Assembly (NCBI GenBank): GCA_963749495.1
Contig: CAVVMW010000010.1
Location: 736,862-800,861 of the forward strand
DNA: 64,000 nucleotides
From: an uncultured bacterium
Lineage (GTDB): Bacteria > Verrucomicrobiota > Verrucomicrobiia > Limisphaerales > UBA8199
Direction: 5' to 3'
The notes beneath the pieces are model-generated. The model made no database searches. It was not told the DNA's origin and was given only the letters and a program-made list of their open reading frames with translations. Each line of letters opens with the position of its first letter. The first letter of the stretch is position 1. Below, piece by piece: positions 20,151-31,235 of this stretch. Both the position numbers and the translations under genes were made by a program.

Positions 20151-21473
20151 ATGGCTCGTAAGATAAGTATCACAGGCGCAGCGTTGTTGGCATGGTCTTT
20201 TCTCCTCGCTGTGGGTGTTCTGCCGCCCAAAGCCGTTCGTGCCGAAACCCGCACGGCCGCAGCGTTGACTCCGGAAGCGGTCTGGGACGCCGTCAACGCG
20301 GCAAAGGACGGGGACATCGTGCAAATGCCCGAGGGGACGGCGGTGTGGACGAACGGATGGAACAGCAAGCATTGGGCGAAGATGAAGGCGATCACCATCC
20401 GGGGCGCCGGAATGGACAAGACGATCATTCGCACGGATACCACCACCGCCCCCGGCGACAAGGCGTTCGTGATCAATGGCGTCGAAGGAAAACCCTTCCG
20501 GATCACCGGGATCACTTTCGACGGAACCGGGTTTGCGAACGCGGGAACCTGGGCCGGCGAAGTCGTGATCAACGGAAACTGCAAGAACTTCCGCGTGGAC
20601 CACTGCAAGTTCCTGAATATGGATCACATGATGACCATCACTGGGGACACCTGTGGACTGGTCAACCATTGCTGCTTTCACGCCCTGGTGAAGAATCGCC
20701 TGGCTCAGACGATCTACTGCCAGGGACCCGGCAAGGTCGCCTTCACCCGGCCTCTCACGCTGGGCACCGCTCAAGCGGTCTATTTCGAGGACAATGAGGC
20801 TCGCTTCAGCCCGGCGGTCGTGAACACGGACGGCAACAACCCGTGGATCGTGCCCTACAACGGTGCGCGGGTCGTGATCCGGCACAACCGGATCATCAAT
20901 AGCCAACTGGAGATCTACCGGGTCCGCCCCGGGGCCTATGGCTGCCAAAGCGCCGAGATTTACGACAACACGTTCTCCGCCGAGGGCGTGAAGATGGGCC
21001 GGCCCCAGGGGTTCATCTTCATCGCCGGCGGCGTGGCCATGGTGTTCAACAACACCGTGACCGGAACGACCTACAACACCCGGACGATCCAGGTCAGTCA
21101 CGAACGCTCGTTCCAGGCCATCGGCGAGTTTGGGATCTGCGACGGCACGAACCCCATTGACGGTAACCAGATCCCGGCGGGCCAGAAAGGGGCGGGCTAT
21201 CCCGCCATGGGCCAACCGGGCCGGGCCACGGATGCCGACGGAGACGGCGTATTCGAACCCTCGCCCTGCTACGCCTGGAACAACACGCTCAATGGAGCGA
21301 GGCTCAACATGGTGCTGCGCCCGTGGGCGGAGCCGGAAAAGAACGAGCTACAGGCCGCCCACGTCAAGGAAGGGCGGGATTTCATCAACGAGGCGCCCAA
21401 GCCCGAATACTACAAGCCCTACATCTATCCGCATCCGCTACAAAGCGGCCAGGAGGCCAAGTCGGGAATTTGA
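20151..21473 (+). CDS. Secreted parallel beta-helix (pectin-lyase fold) protein
   Basis: Signal peptide, Asn-rich beta-helix repeats and a YKPYIYPHPL tail. Confidence 0.75.
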   Translation: MARKISITGAALLAWSFLLAVGVLPPKAVRAETRTAAALTPEAVWDAVNAAKDGDIVQMPEGTAVWTNGWNSKHWAKMKAITIRGAGMDKTIIRTDTTTAPGDKAFVINGVEGKPFRITGITFDGTGFANAGTWAGEVVINGNCKNFRVDHCKFLNMDHMMTITGDTCGLVNHCCFHALVKNRLAQTIYCQGPGKVAFTRPLTLGTAQAVYFEDNEARFSPAVVNTDGNNPWIVPYNGARVVIRHNRIINSQLEIYRVRPGAYGCQSAEIYDNTFSAEGVKMGRPQGFIFIAGGVAMVFNNTVTGTTYNTRTIQVSHERSFQAIGEFGICDGTNPIDGNQIPAGQKGAGYPAMGQPGRATDADGDGVFEPSPCYAWNNTLNGARLNMVLRPWAEPEKNELQAAHVKEGRDFINEAPKPEYYKPYIYPHPLQSGQEAKSGI

Positions 21474-21503
21474 AGAACATGTAGAAAAGCATACTCCTAT
21501 CCG

Positions 21504-22649
21504 TCATCGCAGCTTCAGGTTGAAGAAGGCCATGAGGTCGAGATCTTTGTCGCTGCCGCTCCATGAAATGCCTGCGTTCGTGCTGTATTCCCATCGGCCA
21601 TCCTCGAAAGTGTCGCCGTCCATGCCGTAGCCGCTGTGGCCATCCTGCAAGGGAACCGCGTGATAGGGATCACCCGGAGGCGCCGCCAAAACGATGCTGT
21701 AGGTGCCACCGTTGCGAAGCAGTATGGGGTTGGCGAAGCTGCCGCCGACCCACTTCGCCTCGGTGGCGGACGCCACCCGCTGCCCGATGGCGAGCTGCTC
21801 GATAAGCCTCCCATCCGCCTCCTCAAGGCGAACCTCGATCGGTCCGGGTGCGCCCGACTTTCTGACTGCCACATGCAGCGCCGCGGCCAGTTTGTCTCCG
21901 CCCGTAACCGTGAAGCGTGAACGGACCTGGTTCGTGCCCTGGATCGGTCGCTCGTAGTCATAACGTTCCCCGATATACGCCTGGCCCTGAGACCTGCCGT
22001 CCGCGTAATAGAGTGAATAGATGGGAGTCTTCTCCCTCACCACCCTTAACTCCAACGTCCCCGCCAGCACGGCCAGCGACAGGTCCTCATACGCGGGCTG
22101 CATCCGCTCCGCGTTTGGCTCGAAATTGGAGAGCCAATCCAAGGAAGCCCAGTTCCGCTCGCTGGTATCGAGGTTATCCCACAGCAGGTGATAAATCCTG
22201 CCCGCCTCGACTCTCCCGGGTGAAGCGAAGTGCAGCTTGCCCCAGTAAGTGCCTCGGACGAGTTGCGGTCCCAGGGTCACTGCGGCGTTAGAGACGGTGA
22301 ACTCGGCCAGGGTTTTGCCCGGGGGCAGCCCCCGCCCATCGTCAGCCTGCAGGCGACACCGGATGTCGCCTCCGTCGCCGAGGCTATAGCCCGGTTTCGG
22401 AGTGATATTCACCATAAAATAGACGCGCACTGCATCCACCTGGCCGGTGTACCTGGCTTTGAACCGAATGCTCTCCTTGAGCCCGGCATACTTGCCGATG
22501 GCTGCCTCCCACAACGAGCGGCTGCGGTAGTAAGCCCCGTAAAAGCCACCGTCCCCTGTGTCGGCTCTGCCCGCGTCGTGGGGCGAGGTTTGAGCGAAAG
22601 CCGCGCACACGACAAAGGCCCCGAACAAACAAGCCGACCATCGGTTCAT
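21504..22649 (-). CDS. Secreted hypothetical protein
   Basis: Signal peptide; co-oriented with the upstream operon. Confidence 0.65.
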   Translation of the reverse strand: MNRWSACLFGAFVVCAAFAQTSPHDAGRADTGDGGFYGAYYRSRSLWEAAIGKYAGLKESIRFKARYTGQVDAVRVYFMVNITPKPGYSLGDGGDIRCRLQADDGRGLPPGKTLAEFTVSNAAVTLGPQLVRGTYWGKLHFASPGRVEAGRIYHLLWDNLDTSERNWASLDWLSNFEPNAERMQPAYEDLSLAVLAGTLELRVVREKTPIYSLYYADGRSQGQAYIGERYDYERPIQGTNQVRSRFTVTGGDKLAAALHVAVRKSGAPGPIEVRLEEADGRLIEQLAIGQRVASATEAKWVGGSFANPILLRNGGTYSIVLAAPPGDPYHAVPLQDGHSGYGMDGDTFEDGRWEYSTNAGISWSGSDKDLDLMAFFNLKLR

Positions 22650-22659
22650 GCCGCGCTTC

Positions 22660-24033
22660 CTATGCACCGCGGAGGGTCCAGGGCGCGCGCCAGGAGGGGC
22701 GGTCCAGGAGCCGGTTGGCGGCTGGGTCATCGAACTGCTCCTGTTGGGGATCCCATCGAAGCTTGCGGCCTGTGCCCCCGCCAAGCTGGATGGCGATATG
22801 GGCGATCTGGCAGAGCGAACAGGTGCGGTGCCCTACCTCGGCGTCTTCCAGGGTCCGGCCCCGCGTGCGGACGGCGTCGATGAAATCCTGCTTCTCGGTC
22901 TTGAAGGGGAGGTGAATCTCGTTCGGCCGGATTTCGGACTTGAGGATGGCCTCCGAGGAGGCGAGCACTTCTTTTTGGTATTCGGTCTCCACCCAGCCTT
23001 CATCGCCCTCGAAGCGGACGAAGGGCCGGTCCATCTTGTAGTGCAGCGTGACGCCGTTGGCGAACCGGTACTGGGCTTCCATCTCGAGCAACACGTTCCA
23101 GAAGCTTTCCGGCGCCGGATAAACGCCCCGGGCCTCGACCTCGATCGGGCCGGTGCGCTCGGTCCCGTTGCCCCACTGGGCAATATCGTTGAGGTGGGTT
23201 CCCCAGTTGGTGATGAGGCCCTCGCAATACTCGCGCCGGCGCATCCAGCCGGGCCGGCCCTTGAGGTCATGACGGGGATGGACCCGGTTGAGCGTGTAGG
23301 GCGCTTTGGGCGCGGGCCCAAGCCAGGGGTCATAATCCAACTCCTCGGGCACTTTCATGTTCGGCTGCGGGGCGCAGGCCACGTCGCTCTTGGGGACGCC
23401 GGTGCGGATGGTGTGGACCTTGCCGATCCGCCCGTTGACCACCAGTTCACAGAGCCGATGGAAGTTGCGGAGGGAGCGGAACTCGCTGTCCACGCGGAAG
23501 ACGCGGCCACGAGTCTTGACCGCGTCGGCCAGGACGCGCCCCTCAGCAATCGAGAGTGTCAGAGGTTTCTCACAGGAAACGTCTTTGCCCGCCCGAACGG
23601 CCGCCAGCGAAATCGGCACGTGCCAGTGGTCTGGGGTCCCAACGAAGACCGCGTCCACATCCGGGCGCGCAATCACCTCGCGGAAATCCCGGTAGGCGGT
23701 GCAGCCGGCATAGCTCCCGCTCGTCGCTCGTTTGGCGTAAGAGGTTTCGACAAGTTCTTTCGCCTCGCCCAGCCGCCAGGCGTCCACATCGCAAACCGCC
23801 ACGACCTGAACGCCGGGCACGGCCATGAACTCGGGGATATTTGTGCCGAAAGTCTGGCGGCCCACGCCGATAAAGGCCATTGTGATGCGGTTGCCCGGCG
23901 CGTCTGCGCCGAAGGTCGTATCCGGGATGACCGTCGGCGCGCCGAAGGCTGCGCCAGTGGCCAGCAGGCCCGTGCTGCGGAGAAAGCTCCGCCGCGAGCA
24001 CGGCGCGGTTCTAGGTTCCCTTCTGGTTTTCAT
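22660..24033 (-). CDS. Tat-exported Gfo/Idh/MocA oxidoreductase
   Basis: SRRSFL, GTPDHWH, CEKPL and NWGTHLND. Confidence 0.92.
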   Translation of the reverse strand: MKTRREPRTAPCSRRSFLRSTGLLATGAAFGAPTVIPDTTFGADAPGNRITMAFIGVGRQTFGTNIPEFMAVPGVQVVAVCDVDAWRLGEAKELVETSYAKRATSGSYAGCTAYRDFREVIARPDVDAVFVGTPDHWHVPISLAAVRAGKDVSCEKPLTLSIAEGRVLADAVKTRGRVFRVDSEFRSLRNFHRLCELVVNGRIGKVHTIRTGVPKSDVACAPQPNMKVPEELDYDPWLGPAPKAPYTLNRVHPRHDLKGRPGWMRRREYCEGLITNWGTHLNDIAQWGNGTERTGPIEVEARGVYPAPESFWNVLLEMEAQYRFANGVTLHYKMDRPFVRFEGDEGWVETEYQKEVLASSEAILKSEIRPNEIHLPFKTEKQDFIDAVRTRGRTLEDAEVGHRTCSLCQIAHIAIQLGGGTGRKLRWDPQQEQFDDPAANRLLDRPSWRAPWTLRGA

Positions 24034-24034
24034 A

Positions 24035-24973
24035 TCATTTGGCTGCCTTTTGAGCGGCCAGGCGGTCCGTATAGCTCCTCCAGGCACGTATTGATTTCCC
24101 CAGGTTCTTCTTTGGGTCCCCCTTGATGTTGTAACATTGCAGCCCGATGGGACCTCGATAGCCCGCCCGCTGGAGGGCCACGAGCATCCCAAACACGTCA
24201 TAATCGCCCTGGTCCAGAGTTTGGATGTAGTTGGTCCAACCGCCGGCATCGTCCTTTTTGTCCGTGGCGCCGCAAATCGTGGCCAGCATGAGGCGGGGCG
24301 CGGCCTTGGCGATGACTTCCTGGAGGCGTGGCCCGTTGCCCGAGGCCAGCTCGTGACAGAGGTTAACCGTGACGCCCACGTTGGTTCGCGTGACGCGAGA
24401 CAGCACCCGCAGCGCGTCCTCGGCGGTGGCCACGTAGAGACCGAGGTGGGGATAGATCGCCACGCGCAGGCCGTGCTGAGCTGCCAACTCCGCCAGGGCA
24501 TCAATACGTTGGGCCGCCACCGCGTCCCACTCACCGCCGGCTCGCGGACGGGCAACGGTCACCCAAAGGATGGTGCCGCTGCCTTTGAGCATGGGGAGCG
24601 CCTCGCGCAGACCCGCCGGGTAGGGGTCTTGCCGGTCCAGGGTGATGCCGAAATAGAGGCTGTAGAGCTTCAGGCCGCGGGGCGACAGGGCCTTGAGCCA
24701 GGCGGCGAGATCCTCCGGCTTGGTGTAGTTGTACCCGATACCGTCGAAGCCGAGTTCCCGCACGCAATCGGCCTGTTGAGTGGGAGTCCAAGAGCCCCGC
24801 CCCACGCCGTTGTCGAGCGGGAAAAACTCGGGCGCACTTGCGACTGCCTTTTTCTCCTGCGCGCCCCATACTGGACTTGCTCCAGCGGCGGTGAGCAAAC
24901 CAAGGGTTAGAAATATCCAACCGCCAGTGCACCTGGAGGCGCCTTTTGCGGTCACTTTGGAACCGACGTTCAT
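24035..24973 (-). CDS. Sugar phosphate isomerase/epimerase (TIM barrel)
   Basis: AIYPH, NLCHEL and GYRGPIGLQCY. Confidence 0.85.
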   Translation of the reverse strand: MNVGSKVTAKGASRCTGGWIFLTLGLLTAAGASPVWGAQEKKAVASAPEFFPLDNGVGRGSWTPTQQADCVRELGFDGIGYNYTKPEDLAAWLKALSPRGLKLYSLYFGITLDRQDPYPAGLREALPMLKGSGTILWVTVARPRAGGEWDAVAAQRIDALAELAAQHGLRVAIYPHLGLYVATAEDALRVLSRVTRTNVGVTVNLCHELASGNGPRLQEVIAKAAPRLMLATICGATDKKDDAGGWTNYIQTLDQGDYDVFGMLVALQRAGYRGPIGLQCYNIKGDPKKNLGKSIRAWRSYTDRLAAQKAAK

Positions 24974-25154
24974 AAGATGCTTCGATGGCGTCGGCAGAGG
25001 CCGAACCGACCTTCGCCAACCTGGAAGAGTTATGTCCCAGTCCGTGCAGGAGCACAACCACGAATTGACCCCGTCCCCAACGCCGGAACCCCGCTCGCGA
25101 CTGACTCGACGAAATCCTAGAATGATTTTGCTTCTGCTACGTCTAACGGACACG

Positions 25155-26507
25155 ATGAACCCACGGACCGCAAAATCCTGGAGGCGATGGTTCATTTCAT
25201 GCGCTTGGCTCTTGGGCCTTACCAGTGTCCTTCAAGAGGCCGCCGGCTCCGAGGCAGACCAAGCTCTGGAACTGCGTGGCACACGGGTGATGGTCCGAGC
25301 CTTGCAGTCCCCGCCGCCCAGGGCCTATACGACCCGCTTTGAGGACAATCCCAAGCCGCCGCTCGAACTGTTGGAGTGGTTTACGCCGCCGGAAAAGTAT
25401 CGGGCGGATTTCGGCAGCTTTCGTTCGCCGCTGTTGTTCGCCGATGGCACGCCCGTGCGCACGGCGGCAGACTGGCCGCGCCGGCGGGCGGAGATCCTCG
25501 CCACCTGGCACAAGCTCATGGGGCCTTGGCCACCGCTCATCGAAAGACCACGCGTGGAGGTCGTGCACACCTCGCGCCGCGAAAACATCACCCAGCAAGA
25601 GCTTCGGATCGAAATCGCGCTGGGCGGCGAAATGGTGGAGGGCCTGTTGCTTGTTCCCGAAGGTGAAGGCGCTGCGGGTAGCCACCCTGCGCGCCAGCGC
25701 CCGGCGGTGCTGGTGGTCTATTATGACGCGGAAACCGGCGTGGGTTTGGGCGCGCCCTTGCGCGATTACGCCTGGCAATTAGCCAGACGCGGGTTTGTAG
25801 CGCTCTCGATCGGGAAACCCAACGCGCACATCAACCTCACCACGACGGATAAGCCGCGGACCGAGCCGTACCTTGGCCCGGTCGGCAAGCCGGTGCGCGT
25901 CCAACCGCTGTCGGCGCTCGCCTATGCCGCCGCCAACGCGCATACCGTCCTGGCCCAGCGGCCCGAGGTGGACCCGTCCCGGATCGGGATCGTGGGCCAT
26001 TCCTTCGGTGGCAAGTGGGCCATGTTTGCCTCCTGTCTGTATGACAAGTTTGCCTGCGCAGTCTGGTCGGACCCCGGCATTGTCTTCGACGAGCGCGACC
26101 GGCGTCAGCAGAACCCGAACGGCAGCGTCAATTATTGGGACGTGTGGTATCTGGGCTTTGAGCCGGGCGCTATCGCGAACCCCAAAAACGCAGGCACCTG
26201 GCGCAAGCTGCCCAGCGAAGGGCAGGCGCGCAGGGGTGCCTACAAGGCGCTGGTCGAAGGCGGTCATGACCTGGTGGAACTGCACGCCTTGATGGCGCCT
26301 CGGCCGTTTCTCGTCTCCGGGGGCACCGCCGACTTGCCCGAGCGCTGGCCCGCGCTGAACCACGCGATTGCGGTGAACAAGCTGCTCGGCTGTCAAGACC
26401 GGGTGGCTCTGACCCAGCGCGAGGGGCACACGCCGACGGAGCAAGCTAATGAGCAGGTGTACCGGTTTTTCCAATGGTGGCTGCAGCCCCGTCAGGCCGC
26501 GCCATGA
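25155..26507 (+). CDS. Dienelactone-hydrolase/esterase-like alpha/beta hydrolase
   Basis: GHSFGGK nucleophile elbow and HDLVELHALMAPRPFL. The start codon is uncertain. Confidence 0.8.
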   Translation: MNPRTAKSWRRWFISCAWLLGLTSVLQEAAGSEADQALELRGTRVMVRALQSPPPRAYTTRFEDNPKPPLELLEWFTPPEKYRADFGSFRSPLLFADGTPVRTAADWPRRRAEILATWHKLMGPWPPLIERPRVEVVHTSRRENITQQELRIEIALGGEMVEGLLLVPEGEGAAGSHPARQRPAVLVVYYDAETGVGLGAPLRDYAWQLARRGFVALSIGKPNAHINLTTTDKPRTEPYLGPVGKPVRVQPLSALAYAAANAHTVLAQRPEVDPSRIGIVGHSFGGKWAMFASCLYDKFACAVWSDPGIVFDERDRRQQNPNGSVNYWDVWYLGFEPGAIANPKNAGTWRKLPSEGQARRGAYKALVEGGHDLVELHALMAPRPFLVSGGTADLPERWPALNHAIAVNKLLGCQDRVALTQREGHTPTEQANEQVYRFFQWWLQPRQAAP

Positions 26508-26527
26508 TACGGTCTTCCAAGACTCCA

Positions 26528-28058
26528 TCAGTAGGGCTGCGGGCCGGTTTTGATCCGTGGGCCAGCTTGGCTGACATCGAAGGGCTGGAATCCCAACGCG
26601 AAAGCGGGAGATTCAGGTTTTAGCCTGAAATCGCCCTCTTCCGGGGCAACGAAGAGCGGGTCTGCATACCGGGAGTGGACGTTTTTGCCCCGGCCCTGCC
26701 ACTCAGCCCAGGTGTTGCTCCCAAACTTCGCCTGGTCCAGCTTTAGCTCCGGGTTGAAATACAGGTTCCAGTCGCAATCGAACGTGTTGGTCACCGGCGA
26801 TCTGTTTATTGCGCGTGCGCTCCCAGACGGGGTTCCGCTCCGTGCCCCCGTTTACCCGGAACCCGCCGGCGGCGATGTTCGCGATCTCGTTCCCAACAAA
26901 CCGGTTTTCCGAACAGCCCGCCATCAACTCGAAGGCAAAGGTGCCCAGGTTGGATAAACGGCATTGCTCGAACGCACACCAGCGCGCCCCGCGCAGCGTG
27001 ATGGCGGCCGGAACGCTGGCCGAACCTTGCTGGCCATTGGAGTTGCCCGGGGGCAGTTCGAACCGGGTATGGACAAAGCACAAGTCGCGGAAGCGCAAGT
27101 GCTCGACATAGCGGCGCTCCGCCGGGGTGCCCTCCAGGCGCAGGTGAGCAGGGGCAAACGGGGCGACTACGTCGGCCTTGGTCATGTCCTCGCCGGGCAT
27201 CGGGAAATAAAAGATCTGGCCCGTGCGGCGGTTGAGATACCACTCGCCAGGGGCGTCAAGTCCCTCGAACACGTTCTCGACAATATAGCGCGCGCCCTCC
27301 TCGGAGAAGTCATCCGTAAACACCTTGCTGGCTTTGTTGGCGAAGGTGACCAGGTTGGATTCGACGTTGACGGATTGGATGGGCAGGTGCGAATCGGTCC
27401 AGAAATGGTAAACAATCACCTCGACGTCGGAGAGGTTGGTCCAGTCGGGTCGGATGTCGCCGGGTTTAAACTGGAAGGTCTGGCAGGCCTTGTGATAGCC
27501 GGTGGTCTTTGGTGTGCCCTCCGGGCAGGCGGCAACCCGCAGGAACCCATGGTTCGGAATGCGGGCGCGCGTGCGCTGGTGGCCATTGACGTAAAGCTGC
27601 CGGAAACGCCACTGGCCAAGGGCCACCTCCGGCAGATCGGTGACCCACAATCTGGCGTCGTGTTGTTTCCACCCCGTGATCCGCCGGCCGCCATCCAGCA
27701 CCACGGGCTCAGTTCCGGCCGCCATATAGGTAATTGGACAAGCGGCGGTGCCCGAGTCTTTCGGCCCGAAGACGACCTCGCGCGCGAGGCGATAGGTGCC
27801 GCCCTGCATTTTGACGTTGACCGGCTCCTTGAGCGGCCCGGCTTGCTTCAATTGCCGAACCGCATCCCGGGCGCGTTCCAGGGTGGCAAAGGGCCGGTCC
27901 GCGGTGCCGCGATTGGCATCATTCCCGGTCGGCGCCACGAAAAAGTCGCTGGCATGAAGAGTCACAGCCATTGCCAGAGCGCTCGCGCACAAAGCCAAAG
28001 TCAGTTTCATCATTGATGCGCTCAGAAGTGTCGGCTGACCGTACACGGTGTGCTTCAT
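26528..28058 (-). pseudogene. Right-handed beta-helix protein with a frameshifting internal deletion near 26800
   Basis: The N-terminal part (FFVAPTGND...PFATLERA...LDAPGEWY) jumps to the C-terminal tail (ADPLFV...DFRLKPESPA) in another frame. Confidence 0.8.
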
Positions 28059-28074
28059 AGTGTCCCCCTGATTT

Positions 28075-29736
28075 TTACGGCTCTGCCTGTCGGATGTGCA
28101 ACAACCAGTCTTTGAACAGCAGGTTGCCGGGGTAGTCCTCGGGCGTATGAAACTCGGCTGCGGCGCCACCGTTCACTTTGCCACGGGTGCGCTCCTTGCT
28201 CTGTTCGAGGTCGAACCAGGTGTATTCAAAGCGGTCCGCCGCCCGGCTGGGCCGCAGATCCACTTTCAACCTGCCACCGTATCGCACATAAAGGACGTAG
28301 AGGTCGCCGGGAATCGCGCCGCAAAATGGAGCCGGATATTCCGATACCAATTCAGGGTGGGGTTCCAGCTTCCACCAGGGGAGCGAGCCGAGAAATTTCG
28401 CCATGAAACTCATCGAGCGGGCGCCGGGGTAGTCGAGCGTGTTCGTGGCAAACGATTTTTCCAGGGGCCAGGAGCCCTGGCCGGCGGACGACTCCGGCAG
28501 GTGCGCCCACCAGACGTGGCCGCCGCCGTAAGAATGTCCCGCCGCGCCTGATAAGAGGGCGGTCCACGCGCCGTAGCGGATGTCCATTGCGGGCGGGTTG
28601 CCCGCGATAAACTCGTACCAGGGCTCGGTCACGACGGTCGGCTTGGCAGGTTGGCGCGCGTAATCGGCGGCGATCACCAGTGGGATCATCTCGTTGCGCC
28701 AGCGCGCGTGGCCGACCTGGCTTTGGTTGTAATCCAGCCAGGGTTCACTATGGAGCACTTCACCCGTGGACCACTGGGGGGCATCGGCGCCGCCACTCCA
28801 GCCCGGGGGAGTCGGGTGCGCCGACACAATGCGGCGGTAGGGATCCTCGTTTTTGACCAGGGCACCCAAGTCCTTCCAAAACGGCAGACCGAAGCCGCCG
28901 TAGTTGTTCATGTTGTACTCGCCGGCCAAGGTCCAGATCACGTTATAGGCGCCCAGCCGCGCGATGACATAGCGCCACCACCGGCGCATCTGTTCCTCGC
29001 TGACCCGCTCGTTGAGGCGTTCCCGGCTCCACCAGGGATGGATCCAGGCGGTAATTCCCTTGCTGTTGGCATAAGCGATCATGGCTTCAGCTTTGCGGAT
29101 CTGCTCGAGGTCGGGCGAGTCGTAGGTCCGGTTGAGCAGTCCGTTGGGCGCAAAGAAAACCTGCCCGACCGTGAAGCCCTTGGCTGCGCGGTCGTCGGCC
29201 AGTTTCTGGAAGCTGCTGAACAGAATGCCCCGCTTGGTCCAGTTCCACCACGTGTCACCGATCCACAGGAACGGGGTGCCATCAGCGTACTCGAAGTAAC
29301 GGCCGGCGCGCGGCCCTTTTTGGCTCACGCGGATAAACCCTCGGCGCGCGGGGTTGGCCTGCTTTTCGGCTTCGGTCCACTCCGCCACCTGGATTCTGCC
29401 GGTAGGGGCTGCGAGTCCCGGGTCCTTGGAAGCGCTGGACCAGGACCATTCTCCGGGCTCGGGTGGGGCAAAGCGGGCTTTCCACGTTTTGCCGCCATCC
29501 CAGAACGCCGCCAGCGTGTAGCGCATGTCCCGGGCGGCACCGCTGTTGCCGGTGAAGGTGACCTGGGCCAGGGGCGCGTTGCGATCCGGCAAGCCTTGCA
29601 CGTAGGCGTTCGTGTGTTCTCCGCTTGCCTCAAGTGAAATCTCGACCACCTCCCATGGGTGCGTGGATTGGGCGCGCACCGCAAGCCCGAAGGCCAATGT
29701 TCCCAAAACCAGCACCGCCATCCGATTTCCGTTCAT
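28075..29736 (-). CDS. DUF4038/apiosidase-like glycoside hydrolase
   Basis: FWDGGKTWKARF, DGTPFLWIGDTWW, WTLAGE and EPWYE. Confidence 0.85.
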   Translation of the reverse strand: MNGNRMAVLVLGTLAFGLAVRAQSTHPWEVVEISLEASGEHTNAYVQGLPDRNAPLAQVTFTGNSGAARDMRYTLAAFWDGGKTWKARFAPPEPGEWSWSSASKDPGLAAPTGRIQVAEWTEAEKQANPARRGFIRVSQKGPRAGRYFEYADGTPFLWIGDTWWNWTKRGILFSSFQKLADDRAAKGFTVGQVFFAPNGLLNRTYDSPDLEQIRKAEAMIAYANSKGITAWIHPWWSRERLNERVSEEQMRRWWRYVIARLGAYNVIWTLAGEYNMNNYGGFGLPFWKDLGALVKNEDPYRRIVSAHPTPPGWSGGADAPQWSTGEVLHSEPWLDYNQSQVGHARWRNEMIPLVIAADYARQPAKPTVVTEPWYEFIAGNPPAMDIRYGAWTALLSGAAGHSYGGGHVWWAHLPESSAGQGSWPLEKSFATNTLDYPGARSMSFMAKFLGSLPWWKLEPHPELVSEYPAPFCGAIPGDLYVLYVRYGGRLKVDLRPSRAADRFEYTWFDLEQSKERTRGKVNGGAAAEFHTPEDYPGNLLFKDWLLHIRQAEP

Positions 29737-29798
29737 TGCTCACCTTTCGTTAGGATGTTCTTTGGACTATTCATGAACGACATCGCAGGACCTCCGAT

Positions 29799-31136
29799 TC
29801 ATTTGTGGGGTGATTCATCGTGAATGGTTGGCGTCGGCAGGGCCTCCGGACGCTTTCCCGACTCCCATGCCCCAAGGTCGGGATGCTCGGAGCGTGGTCG
29901 CCGACAGATGTCGTCGGTCACGTCGGCCAAAGGCACGCCTCGGCCAAGAGCACCTCCGGCAGCAGAGGTCAGCGCCAGGTTCCCCGAGGCAGGGTCCTCA
30001 AAGTACCCGTCCAGATGTCCGGCCAGGTTGTCATGAGGCTGCGCCTGGCCTCCATCGAACACGATTCCGCCATGCACCAGGTTGTTGGCCACTTCCGTCT
30101 CGGTCGTGCCCGTGCCAATGCGGACGCCTCGATTCCAGTTACGCTCCGGCCGCCAGATGGTGTTGTTGAGAACCTCGATCTGCGCGGCATGCCAAAGCTC
30201 GATCCCGCAGTCCGCTCCTCCGGCAATGAAGTTGTTCCAGATGATGCCCTGCGAAACATACGTCGGCCGTTCGCCGGCCCGGTTGGCCGTCGATACGCCG
30301 GGATTGCCGAAGGCCACACCCCGGTCGCAGTCCACAATGACGTTCCGTTCCACCACCACCCGCCGGGAACGCACCCAGATGAAGATGGCCGCCCGTCCGC
30401 CGCGATTCCGCCCTTTGATGTTGCGAAAAACGTTGTCGCTGAAGGTCCAGTCCTCCAGGGCCATCATATCAATGGCGGCAATGTAGTCCCCGCCGAACAG
30501 CCAGCCCGCGGGCGGCACCTTCGTGTTCTCGAAGTAGCAGCCGCGAACCGATCCCTTGACGGCCCGGGTATTCGGGTCCTGTCCGGCCGAGCCCTTGATC
30601 GCGCGCACGCCGATGTCGCGGAAATGGCAGTTGTAGATCTGGACGTTTCTGGGCGCATTCTCGGCTTGCACTTTGATGCCGTAGGAGCGGCAGTCCGCAA
30701 AGCCCAGACCTGCGATGGTTACTCCGTCGCAGTGGGCAATATGGAGGATGTCGTCGTGGTCATTCCCGGTCTCCCAGCCTTGGCCGCTCAACGTGACCTT
30801 GGCCGGGTCGCCGCTGGCACTGCGGAGGACGACGTTGGTCTTGTAATCGAGAACGACGGGCCGAGACAACTTGTAGCGGCCGTCGGCCAGGAGAATCGTG
30901 CTGCCGGCAGGCAGCCGGTCAATTGCCGACAGCAATTCCTCAGCCGTTGTGACCAGGATCACTGGTCCTCGGGGCGCTGGAAGGGGAGGCACTTTGGGAA
31001 ACCAGTTCGGGATGGACTGCCCGGTACAGAGCCAGCAGCAAGCCAACAAGCCCGCAACCGCCAGGGCCGATTTAGCGCGAGTCGCGGCAACGCCATCTTC
31101 CACAAACCGGGTCCGGATCCGCTTCACACGTTTCAT
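29799..31136 (-). CDS. Right-handed parallel beta-helix repeat protein
   Basis: Signal peptide, ILLADGRY, PbH1-like repeats and a PDLGAWE tail. Confidence 0.8.
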   Translation of the reverse strand: MKRVKRIRTRFVEDGVAATRAKSALAVAGLLACCWLCTGQSIPNWFPKVPPLPAPRGPVILVTTAEELLSAIDRLPAGSTILLADGRYKLSRPVVLDYKTNVVLRSASGDPAKVTLSGQGWETGNDHDDILHIAHCDGVTIAGLGFADCRSYGIKVQAENAPRNVQIYNCHFRDIGVRAIKGSAGQDPNTRAVKGSVRGCYFENTKVPPAGWLFGGDYIAAIDMMALEDWTFSDNVFRNIKGRNRGGRAAIFIWVRSRRVVVERNVIVDCDRGVAFGNPGVSTANRAGERPTYVSQGIIWNNFIAGGADCGIELWHAAQIEVLNNTIWRPERNWNRGVRIGTGTTETEVANNLVHGGIVFDGGQAQPHDNLAGHLDGYFEDPASGNLALTSAAGGALGRGVPLADVTDDICRRPRSEHPDLGAWESGKRPEALPTPTIHDESPHK

Positions 31137-31235
31137 TGGTCCGATTACACTGAAAACACGAAAGCCAATCAACCCGCGTTTCTGGCTCTCACCCCGAGCC
31201 CCGATCTGGACCAGGAGTCTGACGGGGCGGAGACA